Below are positions 10,826 to 22,202 of a stretch of DNA of 64,000 bases, one piece after another. The stretch covers positions 63,054,001 to 63,118,000 of the forward strand of contig OZ024740.1 in the NCBI GenBank assembly GCA_964016885.1. Direction: 5' to 3'. Position numbers and translations under genes: made by a program. The stretch comes from Eledone cirrhosa (Eukaryota). Position 1 is the stretch's first letter; each line of letters opens with the position of its first letter. The notes beneath the pieces are model-generated. The model did no database searches, was not told the origin of the DNA, and saw only the letters and a list, made by a program, of their open reading frames with translations.

Positions 10826-12685
10826 TGGGACCCTGTCGCGGGACCACCAACACGGCCAGTCTGTGGGGCTAACATTGCTAGTAACTACAGACTGTCCTAC
10901 TTCCTCTCCCTGATCATACGCCCCATCATTGAGATGTCCCCAGATGTGTGTGACAGCACGGAGGACCTCCTCAGCAGAATCGACGCGGGTAACCGATCTG
11001 GAGACCTAACAAACTGCATAATAGGCAGTATGGATGTTGTGTCCCTGTATCCATCTATTGACGTGGATTTTGCTGTGGAGAAATGCGTCGAAATGATCAG
11101 CGAGAGCAAGGTTGAGTTCCGTGGGATTGATACCAGTGAGCTGGGACTTCTACTTAAGCTTACCCATAGTAATAGTTACCTAGACACTTATGACCTTAGC
11201 AACCTGTGCCCTACAAGACCAGCAAGAGGCAGACCACCTACCATTACCTCAATGGCCAAGAAAACCCACACAGATAGATGGAACGGGTGGACCAGAGCCA
11301 TACGGACACCCGAAAACCACGATGAACTGAAGAAAATGATTGCACATGCGGTAGGGGCCAGCATAAAATTAACCCTTAAGGAACATATGTTCAAATTTAA
11401 TGGTAAAACATATGCCCAAGAGGAAGGAGCAGCCATTGGTGTTAGCATTGCAGGCGACATAGCTAACTTGTTCATGGTATGGTGGGACAGTAGACTTAAA
11501 CAAAAACTTAAAGAACAATTAGAAGACAGATTAACCCTGATAATGTACTCCCGCTACGTAGATGATATAAACATCGTAGTTAAGACACCCCCACTAAAGA
11601 ACAGTCAGGAACCTGAGAAAAACACAATGGAAAGCATCCAGCAAATAGCAAACTCCATCCACCAGAGCATTAGAGTTACTATAGACTACCCAAGTAGACA
11701 CCCCAACCATCGATTACCTGTACTAGACACAGAGCTCTGGTTAGATACTATTAACAACCAAAAACAAATCCTCCATTCCCATTATGCCAAACCCATGACT
11801 TCCAAACATCTGATCCACCGAAACTCGGCCATTTCGGACCATACCAAAATCAACATACTGATTGCGGATTTGATACGGGTGATGAGAAATGTGTCCCGCA
11901 TGTGCAACCCCGAAGAACTAGAGAGACACATACAACACTTCATCCACCGTATGCAGTTCTCTGGCTACAATCAGAGAGATAGAATCAGAGTGTATAAAGG
12001 AGCCAGAACCAAATGGGAAAAAATGGTAAATAATGACATAAATGGGACCTGCCCCTTGTATAGGAGCAAATTTTGGAATAGAATAGAAAGAACTAAGAAC
12101 AAGGCCAATAGAATAAACTCATGGTATGATAGCAATAAATACCAGAGTGTAATGTTCATCAACACAACCCCTAGAGGTGAACTAGCCTACAAATTTAGAA
12201 GGGCCCTAAAGAAACATAATCTCAATATTAAGATAGTAGAAAGACCTGGTACCTCCGTAAAAACACTTATTAGCAAGACATACCCGTTCCAAAGACCCTC
12301 ATGTATAGATAAGAAATGTATAACCTGTAAAATAAGCCCCCATATTAACTGTAAAACTAGAAATGTAGTATATAGCATAAGATGTACTGAGGGACAATGT
12401 AGAGACAAAAATATAGTGTACATAGGTGAGACAGCTCGTAGTATAGGGGAACGAATAAATGAACACTGGCGAGACCTCCAAGATAGTAAAGAATCATCTG
12501 TGCTCTACCAACATGCTAAGATAGAACACAGGGGTAAATTAGAGAGCATAGAAATAAAAATAGAATCCACACACAAGAAAGACGCAATGTTTAGGCAAAT
12601 TACAGAGGCAGTAAGCATAAAAGAATTAAAACCAAAATTAAATAGAAAATATGAGTGGAACAGCAACATCACAACCTACAATTAA
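10826..12685 (+). pseudogene. 5'-truncated PLE RT/GIY-YIG ORF (first partial unit)
   Basis: Identical in protein to the C-terminal half of 13128-17108; starts mid-ORF. Confidence 0.9.
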
Positions 12686-12973
12686 GGACAAAATGAAAAC
12701 ACACACACACATATATAAACAACTTACAATTGAAAACACACACAAAATGAAAACACACACATGAAAACACACACACACATAGAACAAACAACCAACCAAC
12801 AATAAATAAATAAATAAACAAACAAATATAAATAGAAAAATAGAAAAATGAACACAAACACACACAGACACCCGGATGTGGCGCATGCGCAAACTGAGCA
12901 CGCAACCCACACACAAACAAAATGGCGTAGGATAGAAGAAAGGAAAGGCACAGAAACGAAGAAAGAAATCCCC

Positions 12974-13018
12974 AGTCACTGAAGAGGTCACAGAGTGTGT
13001 GACGAAAGAACTATGACT
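12974..13018 (+). ncRNA. Minimal type I hammerhead ribozyme in the pLTR of the autonomous PLE
   Basis: agtca-CTGAAGA-g-gtcaca gagtg tgtgac-GAAA-gaac-TA-tgact. Confidence 0.8.
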
Positions 13019-13127
13019 ATATATATATAAACAACTATCTGGTTGTGGAACCAACCAACCAACCAGAAATTTATAAATTTGTAAATTTATAAATATATAT
13101 TAAATTAAATTGAAGTGAAAGCAACTG

Positions 13128-16100
13128 GTGCGTGTGTTTCTTATTGGCAACATGGCCCTCCCAAAGTATAACAATATCGGTTTCAACACACGATTTCAGA
13201 TAAAGAATCTTGCTAAACAAATTCAGAAACGAAATATCGTAAGCCTTAGCCAGGCTAACAAGATACTGAAAACCACCATGTTCTGTTGTCTACGAAAAAC
13301 CATAACATCTCGACAACTACACTTCATAAAACTGTGCACCACTTCTAGAATCTACACCAACACCATCAATACCGACGTTAGAAGATTACAACTCACCAAA
13401 AAACAAGCAGATGGGCTAAAACGAACTTTAATTCTAAACATAAAAAAGAAGATCTATAGAGAATTAAGTCATCAAGAAAAACTAAAGCGTAACCTAATAG
13501 ATGAAATATCTAAAATCACCACACCAGCAGAAAAACTAACATTTATAAGCCTTATACGCCCCGAAGAACAGTACATTACTCAAGAATGTAATAAGCACTT
13601 TAACAGAAAATTAAAGTGGCTTAAACAGGCAAAGCTAAATCGGGATACTATAGAGTATACCAATAGATATCCCGACAAAATTGACGGTATCAACATGGCC
13701 GACACCTCATTATCTGAAGAGTTCAACAATGAAAATACCAACATTTATGGAAACACGAAAATAGATAGTAATGAAATGTCTGTGTTAAGTCTGCCACCCA
13801 AATTTGCGACATTTAAGAAGGTAAATATGATTAGTTGTCTGTCAGAAATAGAAAAATCATTTACGAAACTACGCTGGAGCATCAAAAACAAAAACAAAAG
13901 CAACAATATACGCACACACATATACAACACACATCCCAACAACAACAGACACACAGACACAAACAACAATAACAACAACAATAGCAACATACCCAGATAC
14001 AATAACAACAATAGCAACATACCCAGATACAACAGACACGCAGACACAAACAACAATAACAACAACACACACATCAACAACAACAACAGCAACATACCCA
14101 GATACAACAACAACAGACACGCAAACACAAACAACAATAACAACACACACAACAACGATAACACACACACACACGGAGACAACAGACACGCAGACACAAA
14201 CAACAATAACAACACACACGGAGACAACAATAACAACAACACACACATCAACAACAACAACAACAGCAACATACCCAGATACAACAACAACAGACACGCA
14301 AACACAAACAACAATAACAACACACACAACAACGATAACACACACACACACGGAGACAACAACACACATCAACAACAACACACATCAACAACAACAACAC
14401 ACACACATTCAATGCCTCTCACCACCACTACAATCTTAACAAACACACAGACACAGAAAACAAGTAATGACAGTAGCACAGAAATCAGAGAAATAAGAGA
14501 AAGTAATAGGATTAAAAGGAGTAGGGAGACTAAGGACAAAGAGAATAACCAAGACGAACACACAGACACACAAAATAGGGTAGATAACAACATTGAGCCA
14601 GTGGAAAGAGATAGGAGTAATTATGAGAGACATAGAAACAACCATGAAGCTGAGGCTGCTGCTGTTGGTGGAAATAGAAACAACACAACTAACAATAGCG
14701 CAAGTACACATAAAGCAGCAGCCTGGAACTCTCCGTTTTATAACCCCTCCGATAAATCATTCGACCTACGACGAGTCCACGCCACGACTTTGCCATTTAA
14801 CAAACGCACGCAGTTGCCGTCGCAGGTCGATGAACAAACAGAAGCACAATTTAGTATAGCTAAATCCGAACTTAGAAATATTATAGAACAGTATAGCAAG
14901 AAGCATAATAGAATAGAGGCCCAGCAACTGGGAGAAGAATCTGCAAATGGCTTGCGTAAGCTCATGCAGCGCTCGCGTAATGGAGAGATAGCATGCTTTC
15001 CAACAGACAAGTCCGGCAGAATGTCGGTTGACAGCCTGCCAAACTACATCCAGGCAATGCAACCCCACATCACTAACACAAGAGAGGTAACACCACAGGA
15101 GCATGAGGACAGAGAAAAAACCCTCAATGCCCATATGGTGATGTGGACAAATATAATGCAGCCCAACAAAAGGACTGCCAACAACTTCCAGGCCTGGAAC
15201 AATGACGTGCCGGCGTTGTATGGGCTTCGAAAAGACCATAAAACGGGCTGGGACCCTGTCGCGGGACCACCAACACGGCCAGTCTGTGGGGCTAACATTG
15301 CTAGTAACTACAGACTGTCCTACTTCCTCTCCCTGATCATACGCCCCATCATTGAGATGTCCCCAGATGTGTGTGACAGCACGGAGGACCTCCTCAGCAG
15401 AATCGACGCGGGTAACCGATCTGGGGACCTAACAAACTGCATAATAGGCAGTATGGATGTTGTGTCCCTGTATCCATCTATTGACGTGGATTTTGCTGTG
15501 GAGAAATGCGTCGAAATGATCAGCGAGAGCAAGGTTGAGTTCCGTGGGATTGATACCAGTGAGCTGGGACTTCTACTTAAGCTTACCCATAGTAATAGTT
15601 ACCTAGACACTTATGACCTTAGCAACCTGTGCCCTACAAGACCAGCAAGAGGCAGACCACCTACCATTACCTCAATGGCCAAGAAAACCCACACAGATAG
15701 ATGGAACGGGTGGACCAGAGCCATACGGACACCCGAAAACCACGATGAACTGAAGAAAATGATTGCACATGCGGTAGGGGCCAGCATAAAATTAACCCTT
15801 AAGGAACATATGTTCAAATTTAATGGTAAAACATATGCCCAAGAGGAAGGAGCAGCCATTGGTGTTAGCATTGCAGGCGACATAGCTAACTTGTTCATGG
15901 TATGGTGGGACAGTAGACTTAAACAAAAACTTAAAGAACAATTAGAAGACAGATTAACCCTGATAATGTACTCCCGCTACGTAGATGATATAAACATCGT
16001 AGTTAAGACACCCCCACTAAAGAACAGTCAGGAACCTGAGAAAAACACAATGGAAAGCATCCAGCAAATAGCAAACTCCATCCACCAGAGCATTAGAGTT

Positions 16101-17108
16101 ACTATAGACTACCCAAGTAGACACCCCAACCATCGATTACCTGTACTAGACACAGAGCTCTGGTTAGATACTATTAACAACCAAAAACAAATCCTCCATT
16201 CCCATTATGCCAAACCCATGACTTCCAAACATCTGATCCACCGAAACTCGGCCATTTCGGACCATACCAAAATCAACATACTGATTGCGGATTTGATACG
16301 GGTGATGAGAAATGTGTCCCGCATGTGCAACCCCGAAGAACTAGAGAGACACATACAACACTTCATCCACCGTATGCAGTTCTCTGGCTACAATCAGAGA
16401 GATAGAATCAGAGTGTATAAAGGAGCCAGAACCAAATGGGAAAAAATGGTAAATAATGACATAAATGGGACCTGCCCCTTGTATAGGAGCAAATTTTGGA
16501 ATAGAATAGAAAGAACTAAGAACAAGGCCAATAGAATAAACTCATGGTATGATAGCAATAAATACCAGAGTGTAATGTTCATCAACACAACCCCTAGAGG
16601 TGAACTAGCCTACAAATTTAGAAGGGCCCTAAAGAAACATAATCTCAATATTAAGATAGTAGAAAGACCTGGTACCTCCGTAAAAACACTTATTAGCAAG
16701 ACATACCCGTTCCAAAGACCCTCATGTATAGATAAGAAATGTATAACCTGTAAAATAAGCCCCCATATTAACTGTAAAACTAGAAATGTAGTATATAGCA
16801 TAAGATGTACTGAGGGACAATGTAGAGACAAAAATATAGTGTACATAGGTGAGACAGCTCGTAGTATAGGGGAACGAATAAATGAACACTGGCGAGACCT
16901 CCAAGATAGTAAAGAATCATCTGTGCTCTACCAACATGCTAAGATAGAACACAGGGGTAAATTAGAGAGCATAGAAATAAAAATAGAATCCACACACAAG
17001 AAAGACGCAATGTTTAGGCAAATTACAGAGGCAGTAAGCATAAAAGAATTAAAACCAAAATTAAATAGAAAATATGAGTGGAACAGCAACATCACAACCT
17101 ACAATTAA
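13128..17108 (+). CDS. Penelope-like element polyprotein: reverse transcriptase plus C-terminal GIY-YIG endonuclease (likely ATG 13152), with a Cys-rich linker as in Neptune-type PLEs
   Basis: RT motifs GSMDVVSLYPSI, QEEGAAIG..IANLFM, RYVDD; linker C-x4-CxxC-x7-C; GIY-YIG NVVYSIRC..YIGET.R...R..EH..E..LN. Confidence 0.95.
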   Translation: MRVFLIGNMALPKYNNIGFNTRFQIKNLAKQIQKRNIVSLSQANKILKTTMFCCLRKTITSRQLHFIKLCTTSRIYTNTINTDVRRLQLTKKQADGLKRTLILNIKKKIYRELSHQEKLKRNLIDEISKITTPAEKLTFISLIRPEEQYITQECNKHFNRKLKWLKQAKLNRDTIEYTNRYPDKIDGINMADTSLSEEFNNENTNIYGNTKIDSNEMSVLSLPPKFATFKKVNMISCLSEIEKSFTKLRWSIKNKNKSNNIRTHIYNTHPNNNRHTDTNNNNNNNSNIPRYNNNNSNIPRYNRHADTNNNNNNTHINNNNSNIPRYNNNRHANTNNNNNTHNNDNTHTHGDNRHADTNNNNNTHGDNNNNNTHINNNNNSNIPRYNNNRHANTNNNNNTHNNDNTHTHGDNNTHQQQHTSTTTTHTHSMPLTTTTILTNTQTQKTSNDSSTEIREIRESNRIKRSRETKDKENNQDEHTDTQNRVDNNIEPVERDRSNYERHRNNHEAEAAAVGGNRNNTTNNSASTHKAAAWNSPFYNPSDKSFDLRRVHATTLPFNKRTQLPSQVDEQTEAQFSIAKSELRNIIEQYSKKHNRIEAQQLGEESANGLRKLMQRSRNGEIACFPTDKSGRMSVDSLPNYIQAMQPHITNTREVTPQEHEDREKTLNAHMVMWTNIMQPNKRTANNFQAWNNDVPALYGLRKDHKTGWDPVAGPPTRPVCGANIASNYRLSYFLSLIIRPIIEMSPDVCDSTEDLLSRIDAGNRSGDLTNCIIGSMDVVSLYPSIDVDFAVEKCVEMISESKVEFRGIDTSELGLLLKLTHSNSYLDTYDLSNLCPTRPARGRPPTITSMAKKTHTDRWNGWTRAIRTPENHDELKKMIAHAVGASIKLTLKEHMFKFNGKTYAQEEGAAIGVSIAGDIANLFMVWWDSRLKQKLKEQLEDRLTLIMYSRYVDDINIVVKTPPLKNSQEPEKNTMESIQQIANSIHQSIRVTIDYPSRHPNHRLPVLDTELWLDTINNQKQILHSHYAKPMTSKHLIHRNSAISDHTKINILIADLIRVMRNVSRMCNPEELERHIQHFIHRMQFSGYNQRDRIRVYKGARTKWEKMVNNDINGTCPLYRSKFWNRIERTKNKANRINSWYDSNKYQSVMFINTTPRGELAYKFRRALKKHNLNIKIVERPGTSVKTLISKTYPFQRPSCIDKKCITCKISPHINCKTRNVVYSIRCTEGQCRDKNIVYIGETARSIGERINEHWRDLQDSKESSVLYQHAKIEHRGKLESIEIKIESTHKKDAMFRQITEAVSIKELKPKLNRKYEWNSNITTYN

Positions 17109-17396
17109 GGACAAAATGAAAACACACACACACATATATAAACAACTTACAATTGAAAACACACACAAAATGAAAACACACACATGAAAACACACACACA
17201 CATAGAACAAACAACCAACCAACAATAAATAAATAAATAAACAAACAAATATAAATAGAAAAATAGAAAAATGAACACAAACACACACAGACACCCGGAT
17301 GTGGCGCATGCGCAAACTGAGCACGCAACCCACACACAAACAAAATGGCGTAGGATAGAAGAAAGGAAAGGCACAGAAACGAAGAAAGAAATCCCC

Positions 17397-17441
17397 AGTC
17401 ACTGAAGAGGTCACAGAGTGTGTGACGAAAGAACTATGACT
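17397..17441 (+). ncRNA. Minimal type I hammerhead ribozyme (unit 2 pLTR)
   Basis: Identical to 12974-13018. Confidence 0.8.
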
Positions 17442-17550
17442 ATATATATATAAACAACTATCTGGTTGTGGAACCAACCAACCAACCAGAAATTTATAAA
17501 TTTGTAAATTTATAAATATATATTAAATTAAATTGAAGTGAAAGCAACTG

Positions 17551-20500
17551 GTGCGTGTGTTTCTTATTGGCAACATGGCCCTCCCAAAGTATAACAATAT
17601 CGGTTTCAACACACGATTTCAGATAAAGAATCTTGCTAAACAAATTCAGAAACGAAATATCGTAAGCCTTAGCCAGGCTAACAAGATACTGAAAACCACC
17701 ATGTTCTGTTGTCTACGAAAAACCATAACATCTCGACAACTACACTTCATAAAACTGTGCACCACTTCTAGAATCTACACCAACACCATCAATACCGACG
17801 TTAGAAGATTACAACTCACCAAAAAACAAGCAGATGGGCTAAAACGAACTTTAATTCTAAACATAAAAAAGAAGATCTATAGAGAATTAAGTCATCAAGA
17901 AAAACTAAAGCGTAACCTAATAGATGAAATATCTAAAATCACCACACCAGCAGAAAAACTAACATTTATAAGCCTTATACGCCCCGAAGAACAGTACATT
18001 ACTCAAGAATGTAATAAGCACTTTAACAGAAAATTAAAGTGGCTTAAACAGGCAAAGCTAAATCGGGATACTATAGAGTATACCAATAGATATCCCGACA
18101 AAATTGACGGTATCAACATGGCCGACACCTCATTATCTGAAGAGTTCAACAATGAAAATACCAACATTTATGGAAACACGAAAATAGATAGTAATGAAAT
18201 GTCTGTGTTAAGTCTGCCACCCAAATTTGCGACATTTAAGAAGGTAAATATGATTAGTTGTCTGTCAGAAATAGAAAAATCATTTACGAAACTACGCTGG
18301 AGCATCAAAAACAAAAACAAAAGCAACAATATACGCACACACATATACAACACACATCCCAACAACAACAGACACACAGACACAAACAACAATAACAACA
18401 ACAATAGCAACATACCCAGATACAATAACAACAATAGCAACATACCCAGATACAACAGACACGCAGACACAAACAACAATAACAACAACACACACATCAA
18501 CAACAACAACAGCAACATACCCAGATACAACAACAACAGACACGCAAACACAAACAACAATAACAACACACACAACAACGATAACACACACACACACGGA
18601 GACAACAGACACGCAGACACAAACAACAATAACAACACACACGGAGACAACAATAACAACAACACACACATCAACAACAACAACAACAGCAACATACCCA
18701 GATACAACAACAACAGACACGCAAACACAAACAACAATAACAACACACACAACAACGATAACACACACACACACGGAGACAACAACACACATCAACAACA
18801 ACACACATCAACAACAACAACACACACACATTCAATGCCTCTCACCACCACTACAATCTTAACAAACACACAGACACAGAAAACAAGTAATGACAGTAGC
18901 ACAGAAATCAGAGAAATAAGAGAAAGTAATAGGATTAAAAGGAGTAGGGAGACTAAGGACAAAGAGAATAACCAAGACGAACACACAGACACACAAAATA
19001 GGGTAGATAACAACATTGAGCCAGTGGAAAGAGATAGGAGTAATTATGAGAGACATAGAAACAACCATGAAGCTGAGGCTGCTGCTGTTGGTGGAAATAG
19101 AAACAACACAACTAACAATAGCGCAAGTACACATAAAGCAGCAGCCTGGAACTCTCCGTTTTATAACCCCTCCGATAAATCATTCGACCTACGACGAGTC
19201 CACGCCACGACTTTGCCATTTAACAAACGCACGCAGTTGCCGTCGCAGGTCGATGAACAAACAGAAGCACAATTTAGTATAGCTAAATCCGAACTTAGAA
19301 ATATTATAGAACAGTATAGCAAGAAGCATAATAGAATAGAGGCCCAGCAACTGGGAGAAGAATCTGCAAATGGCTTGCGTAAGCTCATGCAGCGCTCGCG
19401 TAATGGAGAGATAGCATGCTTTCCAACAGACAAGTCCGGCAGAATGTCGGTTGACAGCCTGCCAAACTACATCCAGGCAATGCAACCCCACATCACTAAC
19501 ACAAGAGAGGTAACACCACAGGAGCATGAGGACAGAGAAAAAACCCTCAATGCCCATATGGTGATGTGGACAAATATAATGCAGCCCAACAAAAGGACTG
19601 CCAACAACTTCCAGGCCTGGAACAATGACGTGCCGGCGTTGTATGGGCTTCGAAAAGACCATAAAACGGGCTGGGACCCTGTCGCGGGACCACCAACACG
19701 GCCAGTCTGTGGGGCTAACATTGCTAGTAACTACAGACTGTCCTACTTCCTCTCCCTGATCATACGCCCCATCATTGAGATGTCCCCAGATGTGTGTGAC
19801 AGCACGGAGGACCTCCTCAGCAGAATCGACGCGGGTAACCGATCTGGGGACCTAACAAACTGCATAATAGGCAGTATGGATGTTGTGTCCCTGTATCCAT
19901 CTATTGACGTGGATTTTGCTGTGGAGAAATGCGTCGAAATGATCAGCGAGAGCAAGGTTGAGTTCCGTGGGATTGATACCAGTGAGCTGGGACTTCTACT
20001 TAAGCTTACCCATAGTAATAGTTACCTAGACACTTATGACCTTAGCAACCTGTGCCCTACAAGACCAGCAAGAGGCAGACCACCTACCATTACCTCAATG
20101 GCCAAGAAAACCCACACAGATAGATGGAACGGGTGGACCAGAGCCATACGGACACCCGAAAACCACGATGAACTGAAGAAAATGATTGCACATGCGGTAG
20201 GGGCCAGCATAAAATTAACCCTTAAGGAACATATGTTCAAATTTAATGGTAAAACATATGCCCAAGAGGAAGGAGCAGCCATTGGTGTTAGCATTGCAGG
20301 CGACATAGCTAACTTGTTCATGGTATGGTGGGACAGTAGACTTAAACAAAAACTTAAAGAACAATTAGAAGACAGATTAACCCTGATAATGTACTCCCGC
20401 TACGTAGATGATATAAACATCGTAGTTAAGACACCCCCACTAAAGAACAGTCAGGAACCTGAGAAAAACACAATGGAAAGCATCCAGCAAATAGCAAACT

Positions 20501-21531
20501 CCATCCACCAGAGCATTAGAGTTACTATAGACTACCCAAGTAGACACCCCAACCATCGATTACCTGTACTAGACACAGAGCTCTGGTTAGATACTATTAA
20601 CAACCAAAAACAAATCCTCCATTCCCATTATGCCAAACCCATGACTTCCAAACATCTGATCCACCGAAACTCGGCCTTTTCGGACCATACCAAAATCAAC
20701 ATACTGATTGCGGATTTGATACGGGTGATGAGAAATGTGTCCCGCATGTGCAACCCCGAAGAACTAGAGAGACACATACAACACTTCATCCACCGTATGC
20801 AGTTCTCTGGCTACAATCAGAGAGATAGAATCAGAGTGTATAAAGGAGCCAGAACCAAATGGGAAAAAATGGTAAATAATGACATAAATGGGACCTGCCC
20901 CTTGTATAGGAGCAAATTTTGGAATAGAATAGAAAGAACTAAGAACAAGGCCAATAGAATAAACTCATGGTATGATAGCAATAAATACCAGAGTGTAATG
21001 TTCATCAACACAACCCCTAGAGGTGAACTAGCCTACAAATTTAGAAGGGCCCTAAAGAAACATAATCTCAATATTAAGATAGTAGAAAGACCTGGTACCT
21101 CCGTAAAAACACTTATTAGCAAGACATACCCGTTCCAAAGACCCTCATGTATAGATAAGAAATGTATAACCTGTAAAATAAGCCCCCATATTAACTGTAA
21201 AACTAGAAATGTAGTATATAGCATAAGATGTACTGAGGGACAATGTAGAGACAAAAATATAGTGTACATAGGTGAGACAGCTCGTAGTATAGGGGAACGA
21301 ATAAATGAACACTGGCGAGACCTCCAAGATAGTAAAGAATCATCTGTGCTCTACCAACATGCTAAGATAGAACACAGGGGTAAATTAGAGAGCATAGAAA
21401 TAAAAATAGAATCCACACACAAGAAAGACGCAATGTTTAGGCAAATTACAGAGGCAGTAAGCATAAAAGAATTAAAACCAAAATTAAATAGAAAATATGA
21501 GTGGAACAGCAACATCACAACCTACAATTAA
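17551..21531 (+). CDS. Penelope-like element RT/GIY-YIG polyprotein, second full copy
   Basis: 1326 aa; differs from the first copy by one residue (SAIS to SAFS). Confidence 0.95.
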   Translation: MRVFLIGNMALPKYNNIGFNTRFQIKNLAKQIQKRNIVSLSQANKILKTTMFCCLRKTITSRQLHFIKLCTTSRIYTNTINTDVRRLQLTKKQADGLKRTLILNIKKKIYRELSHQEKLKRNLIDEISKITTPAEKLTFISLIRPEEQYITQECNKHFNRKLKWLKQAKLNRDTIEYTNRYPDKIDGINMADTSLSEEFNNENTNIYGNTKIDSNEMSVLSLPPKFATFKKVNMISCLSEIEKSFTKLRWSIKNKNKSNNIRTHIYNTHPNNNRHTDTNNNNNNNSNIPRYNNNNSNIPRYNRHADTNNNNNNTHINNNNSNIPRYNNNRHANTNNNNNTHNNDNTHTHGDNRHADTNNNNNTHGDNNNNNTHINNNNNSNIPRYNNNRHANTNNNNNTHNNDNTHTHGDNNTHQQQHTSTTTTHTHSMPLTTTTILTNTQTQKTSNDSSTEIREIRESNRIKRSRETKDKENNQDEHTDTQNRVDNNIEPVERDRSNYERHRNNHEAEAAAVGGNRNNTTNNSASTHKAAAWNSPFYNPSDKSFDLRRVHATTLPFNKRTQLPSQVDEQTEAQFSIAKSELRNIIEQYSKKHNRIEAQQLGEESANGLRKLMQRSRNGEIACFPTDKSGRMSVDSLPNYIQAMQPHITNTREVTPQEHEDREKTLNAHMVMWTNIMQPNKRTANNFQAWNNDVPALYGLRKDHKTGWDPVAGPPTRPVCGANIASNYRLSYFLSLIIRPIIEMSPDVCDSTEDLLSRIDAGNRSGDLTNCIIGSMDVVSLYPSIDVDFAVEKCVEMISESKVEFRGIDTSELGLLLKLTHSNSYLDTYDLSNLCPTRPARGRPPTITSMAKKTHTDRWNGWTRAIRTPENHDELKKMIAHAVGASIKLTLKEHMFKFNGKTYAQEEGAAIGVSIAGDIANLFMVWWDSRLKQKLKEQLEDRLTLIMYSRYVDDINIVVKTPPLKNSQEPEKNTMESIQQIANSIHQSIRVTIDYPSRHPNHRLPVLDTELWLDTINNQKQILHSHYAKPMTSKHLIHRNSAFSDHTKINILIADLIRVMRNVSRMCNPEELERHIQHFIHRMQFSGYNQRDRIRVYKGARTKWEKMVNNDINGTCPLYRSKFWNRIERTKNKANRINSWYDSNKYQSVMFINTTPRGELAYKFRRALKKHNLNIKIVERPGTSVKTLISKTYPFQRPSCIDKKCITCKISPHINCKTRNVVYSIRCTEGQCRDKNIVYIGETARSIGERINEHWRDLQDSKESSVLYQHAKIEHRGKLESIEIKIESTHKKDAMFRQITEAVSIKELKPKLNRKYEWNSNITTYN

Positions 21532-21819
21532 GGACAAAATGAAAACACACACACACATATATAAACAACTTACAATTGAAAACACACACAAAATGAAAAC
21601 ACACACATGAAAACACACACACACATAGAACAAACAACCAACCAACAATAAATAAATAAATAAACAAACAAATATAAATAGAAAAATAGAAAAATGAACA
21701 CAAACACACACAGACACCCGGATGTGGCGCATGCGCAAACTGAGCACGCAACCCACACACAAACAAAATGGCGTAGGATAGAAGAAAGGAAAGGCACAGA
21801 AACGAAGAAAGAAATCCCC

Positions 21820-21864
21820 AGTCACTGAAGAGGTCACAGAGTGTGTGACGAAAGAACTATGACT
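21820..21864 (+). ncRNA. Minimal type I hammerhead ribozyme (terminal pLTR)
   Basis: Identical to 12974-13018. Confidence 0.8.
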
Positions 21865-22202
21865 ATATATATATAAACAACTATCTGGTTGTGGAACCAA
21901 CCAACCAACCAGAAATTTATAAATTTGTAAATTTATAAATATATATTAAATTAAATTGAAGTGAAAGCAACTGGTGCGTGTGTTTCTTATTGGCAACATG
22001 GCCCTCCCAAAGTATAACAATATATATATATATATATATATTTAATAGATTTAATAGATTAACAGAGAAAGCTTTAAGCGATACTCTGACCAACTCCATC
22101 TCATTCAACAAACATTAGGATATATCTGAGTATAATCCAAATTATGTGTTTGGGGTGCTAACTATATAGTATTCTGTGAATAATTGGTTGTATTATTTTA
22201 TA

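Larger units (their letters stand above)
10794..22020 (+). mobile_element. Head-to-tail tandem array (about 2.5 units, 4423-bp period) of an autonomous Penelope-like retroelement inserted in (TA)n
   Basis: ORFs at 13128 and 17551 differ by exactly 4423; near-identical units; HHR in each pLTR; short inverted fragment at the 5' end. Confidence 0.95.

Noticed and set aside
13128-17108. Selenoprotein/Naiad-type or telomerase identity for the RT ORF
   Set aside because: No in-frame TGA, the endonuclease is C-terminal, and no TERT-specific motifs are seen.
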